DNA of 39,558 nucleotides, taken from assembly GCF_000760515.2 (NCBI RefSeq), contig NW_013546400.1:62001-101558 (forward strand). Reading direction: 5' to 3'. Positions 35,366 through 39,558 of the stretch are shown here, piece after piece. The position numbers and the translations under genes were made by a program. Origin of the DNA: Mitosporidium daphniae (taxonomy: Eukaryota). Below the pieces are notes generated by a model. It was given only the letters and a program-made list of their open reading frames with translations. It was not told the DNA's origin and ran no database searches. How positions within the stretch are numbered: position 1 is the first letter of the stretch; each line of letters begins with the position of its first letter.

Positions 35366-36848
35366 TCAAGCCTTTCTGGGAAAGAAAGCTATTCCCCGTC
35401 AGCTTAGATCAATAATTTGGGCTGGTCTGACCAATATATTGGGATGAGGACTAGTGTCCGTATCTTCTTCAGTAAAAGCAAGCGAGGTATATTTGATCGA
35501 CCTTGTAGCTATTGGGGTCAACACTAATTGAGGATCATTGTTTTCCTTGCGTGTTTGTGCGGTCAAATTTGTGGTGTCGCTCAAATTTCCATCGCCTTCA
35601 TCAAGATTCTCGGACACATTTTGATAATAAATAGATAGTGAATGCCTATCCCCAAAAGCTACCGTGTTACAAACCAAAGGTGACGGACGCTCGGATTTAA
35701 CTGGAATTGGATGGTAAAATATCTCTTGAAACTGCGTTTCATCTATCAGAATGGGACTCTTATTCTTGTCGATAAGGAGTGATCGAAGTGGATTGAAAAA
35801 ACCCCCATCGAAATTGGAGCATGTTTTCGTGTTGAAGGCAATATTTAGATTTGAGTATCCGCTGATTCTGCTCAAGAACCCCTATCAGTTGTTTAAACGA
35901 GGCCCTTTGCTCAGAATCAATCAAAACATCTTTCTCTTCAATGGTAAATACAAGCAAGGAAAGCTCTGAAATTCGAGCCTTGTATTTCCGAGAAATAAAG
36001 TCGAGCGTTCCAACGGGGCTAAAAAGATGAACGTAGTCGTTCCGAGGAAAAGATTTGTAAGAAATGCACTCCCTCGAATACAAATATGGATGTTTTCTTT
36101 GATTTTGAGCTAGGGCAGAGAAATTATGAGCCAAAATTGAAGGCGAGGCGACTTTTGACTTTAGTCTCCATAGCACTTTCCGCTGCTTCCAAAAGAAATG
36201 TCGAGCGCAAATTAAAATATCGTCATTCAACGGGGTTCTTTTCACAGGAAAGTGCATGCCGATAAACTTAATTTGGCTTATGTACAAAATACTGGATAAA
36301 CACACTTGAGTAGAGTTCGCTTGAAAAAACTCTTTGTTGAGGATTTTGATTTCAATGTAGCCATCTTTTATGGAAAAAAGGGAGCCAACGAGGGATCTTC
36401 GGTTTCGTGCTAAGGTCATTTGGCAGAGAAAACTTTGTGCGCCTTTGGAAATGGCATATTTGATCATCTTTCTTCCATCTGTTGCAAAATCATCCTAAAT
36501 AAAAAATGACAAAGCTACCTTGAGAAGCTGGACAATCGGATAGACGTCCTTTAAATTGTAGAACAGTGAAAAATAGTTTTTTGAAGACGGAAAGATCTGG
36601 CAAGGAATGCAATGTTCTGGCTTGGCTTGTAAAAGAGTTGTATTTCGATCGTCAATGTTGATGTAATATTTGTCATAAGATATAAAACAGCTGGAAATAA
36701 TACTTTCTATCCAGGAATTTCGAAGCCAAAACGCAAGTACACCAAGGTTTGGCTGCTCAATTTTGCCTCCAACGCCAGGGACATGGGTGCACTCTGCGAT
36801 CCGATCAGATGCATCTGATATGGACCCGTTCGAATTGCAATCATTCAT
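35366..36848 (-). CDS. Hypothetical protein (3' structure unresolved)
   Basis: ORFs 36495-36866 and 35760-36467 join in frame via the 24-nt intron 36495-36518. ORF 35399-35875 overlaps in another frame. No family was recognised. Confidence 0.45.
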
Positions 36849-36982
36849 AAAAAGAAGCCAGCCCAATCAACCGGAATAGGGTTGATGGAAAGATTATACA
36901 ACTGACAACTATTGTTAGGGTTACGCTGGGCAATTTGTATTTGGCGCATTAAAATTTATTGAAATTTAAATTATTTTGTTTT

Positions 36983-38145
36983 ATGGCTGGGAAAAAGGAG
37001 ACGGCTCCTTCGAAGAAATCTGAAAATAAGGTCAAGGCCAAAATCATTGAAGACAAGACATTTGGTCTGAAAAACAAAAACAAGTCTTCAAAGGTTGGAA
37101 AGTATGTTGCCCAAGTGGAGGCGCAGGTCATGTCTGCGGGCTCGCGAAAGGCCCAAAAAGAAGAGGAAGCCCGTCAACTTGCCAGGAAACTCAAGAAGGA
37201 AGAAGATGAAAAGATCAAAATGGAAGCATCTTTACTGGCAAAACCAATTATTGTCCAGCCAAAAGTTCCATTTGGTATGTCGTTATGTTGATTTACTTTG
37301 CAGGCGTTGATCCGAAAAGTGTTCTATGTGCCTTCTTCAAGGCCGGCCAATGTACCAAGGGAGACAAATGCAAATATTCGCACGATCTCAATGTCGATAG
37401 GAAGTCTGCGAAAATTGATTTGTTTTCAGACATGAGGGACGAATCTGCGCCCTCTTCTACCATGGAAGATTGGGACCAAAAGCAGCTTGAAAATGTGGTT
37501 CACAACCGCCATGGCCCCGGCATAAAGACAACAACAGAGATCGTTTGCAAATATTTCATGGATGCAATTGAGCAAAGAAAGTATGGGTGGTTTTGGCAGT
37601 GTCCAAATGGAGGCGATTCTTGCAAATATCGCCACGCACTTCCTCCTGGGTTCGTCCTGTCCTCGAAAGTATCACACTCCACTGATGATATCCCTGAAGA
37701 AGACAAAATTTCGCTAGAGGAATTTTTGGATCAAGAGGTACGAGTTTATTTGTATGATGCCTTTCCCCTTTAGAGATACAAACTTGGGGACAACATAACC
37801 CCAATTACAGACGAGTCATTCAAACGATGGAAGGCGGAACGCAAGGCGAGGCAGCAGGTGGAAGAAAGCGAACGTGCCAAAAAGAAGGAAGCTGAAATTA
37901 AAGCTGGCAGGGTTACGGCGTCTGGAAGGGACATCTTTACAGCAAATCCAGAACTCTTCCAAGTGGCTGATGAAGAGGATGCCCTTGACGATGACATCCT
38001 CAAAGAGCGTGCACATCAGACCGAAGATGATCTCAATTACTGCGACTCGGCGCCTGTTGATTCGAATCTCTTCTGCGCCGAAAATTCGCTTGATGATATT
38101 GATCCAGAGCTGAGCGAGGATATGGAGCACCTTGGACTTCAATAG
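36983..38145 (+). CDS. TMA46: CCCH zinc-finger translation machinery-associated protein Tma46/ZC3H15
   Basis: IIEDKTFGLKNKNKSSKV, G|VDPKSVLCAFFKAGQCTKGDKCKYSHDL and KYGWFWQCPNGGDSCKYRHALPPGFVL. Introns 37275-37303 and 37738-37773. Confidence 0.95.
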
Positions 38146-38217
38146 CAGAAACAGAGCAAGCGGCGTATTTATAACCTTTAATTTAGTACAATTTTTACCG
38201 TTAAATTTTGGAATATT

Positions 38218-39412
38218 TTAATTTGACGCCTCCGATAGTACGAGCCGGTCGCAGATGGCCCCGGTAAAGTCAGAGGTGGACGAAGTGCCACCAAGGTCCC
38301 TGGTCCGGTATCTTCCTTCAGAGATGGTATCCAAAACTGCCGAGTATATTCTATTTGCAAACGTATTCATCTTCATATATTTCAGCATCATTACGGATGA
38401 GAGAAGAAGCGCCGTTGGGTTGGCAATATCTTTTCCCGCGATGTCTGGTGCCGTGCCATGGACGGACTCGAAAATTGCACCATCGGAACCAATATTTCCG
38501 GACGGAGTTAATCCCAATCCTCCAACCAAGCCAGCACAGAGGTCGCTAAGAATGTCGCCATACAGGTTTGGCATCACCAGAACGGCATCTTTAAAAAGGG
38601 ACGGGGTTTGCACCATCTAACAGGGAAGGGCAACTCGATCATACTTGAAGGCATGCCTTATCAAGAGACATATCCACCATTGCGATGTCCGGATACTTTT
38701 CAGAGGCCTTTCTGGCAGCATGGAGGAATAGCCCATCAGAGCCTTTCCTACGAATAACAGCTACGCCCATACATAATGGTGGCCTTGTGTACAACGATGA
38801 CATTTGGCCGGCCAATGTCCCTGGCATATTGAAAAGCAAACTCTGAAACACGTCTAGATGCTTTTTCCGTGATCAGCTTGATGGATTGGGCCACGCCGGG
38901 AACCACCAAATGCTCAATGCCAGAATATTCTCCCTCCGTGTTTTCTCGTACAATTACGGTATCAACATCACGATAGCGCGTTTCCAAATTCGGCATGCTA
39001 CGGCAGGGCCGTACATTTGCGTAAAGATTGAAGGTTCTAATGGACAAATAAAAATTGCAACAAACTTTCTTAGCAAAAGGTTCAGCGAAACATGACCGGT
39101 CCCGATTGGCGTTGCAAGCGGGCCCTTCAAGCCGATTCGTGTCGAATGGAACGATGCAAGTGCCTCCGGAGACAAAGATGTCTTTCCATCTTCGCCGATA
39201 ATTGGGGTCACATTTACCAGATCCCATTCAATAGGCACCTTGGCAACAAAGAAGATTCGTTGCACGGCTGCGGCAATTTCGGGGCCAATTCCATCTCCCG
39301 GAATAAGACTAACCCGTTTTATTGCGCTAGGGGTTGACGAGTAGCTTTTCATCGATAGAGCAGCCGTTCTGAAACGCCCGGCTGGCATTGAGGCTCTGTG
39401 GAGGGGGAACAT
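38218..39412 (-). CDS. IDH2: Mitochondrial NAD-dependent isocitrate dehydrogenase, catalytic subunit (yeast Idh2/IDH3A type)
   Basis: [44 protein letters not shown] and [13 protein letters not shown]. Introns 39037-39065, 38748-38772 and 38617-38644. Confidence 0.93.
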
Positions 39413-39470
39413 TTCTGATAAATTTATTGCTTAAATTTAGCAAAGTTGCACATTTTAATTTATTGCCATT

Positions 39471-39558
39471 ATGTCTACAGTTCCTGCTGACCCGATCCAG
39501 ATAGCACAAAACTTTGTTAAATATTATAACGACACTTTCAACACAAACCGCGCAAGCC
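39471..39558 (+). CDS. NTF2: Nuclear transport factor 2-like protein, 5' part (runs off the window)
   Basis: MSTVPADPIQIAQNFVKYYNDTFNTNRAS resembles the NTF2 N-terminus (IAxxFVxxYYxxFDxxR). Confidence 0.7.
   Translation, partial: MSTVPADPIQIAQNFVKYYNDTFNTNRAS

Overview
A very gene-dense eukaryotic nuclear window, with no sign of prokaryotic origin. It holds about 23 protein-coding genes, typically 30-200 bp apart, interrupted by roughly 65 tiny spliceosomal introns (almost all 23-36 nt, GT-AG). In order: RPN5, SF3B1, SLC35F-like transporter, SAS-6, a dispersed 5S rRNA, DIS3/RRP44, Sct1/Gpt2-type acyltransferase, a degenerate tRNA-Asp, MLH3, mitochondrial uS5, chitin deacetylase, NTH1, U3 snoRNA, CAF1/POP2, MSH1, a polo-like kinase, RPC40, CWC15, caleosin, YAF9, a structured ncRNA candidate, SWI5/SAE3 (absent from the ORF track), VPS2, ERG8, a hypothetical protein, TMA46, an NAD-IDH catalytic subunit and the start of NTF2. 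Tiny introns, extreme compaction, chitin deacetylase and mitochondrial-genome functions fit a reduced early-diverging holomycotan parasite (Rozellomycota or short-branch microsporidian type). That assignment is inference. The standout signal is three independent cases of 'stacked' tiny introns abutting at AG|GT with zero-nucleotide exons: a triplet and a GC-AG/GT-AG doublet in the polo kinase, and a doublet in VPS2. These look like recursive (ratchet) splicing of 24-33 nt units. Also notable are SF3B1 substitutions at branch-site and cancer-hotspot positions, SAS-6 retention, an ATPase-degenerate MLH3, a U3 lacking a canonical box D, and an unannotated structured RNA carrying TAACCCTAA. All exon boundaries were inferred by eye from splice signals plus recalled protein family motifs. 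No searches were run.
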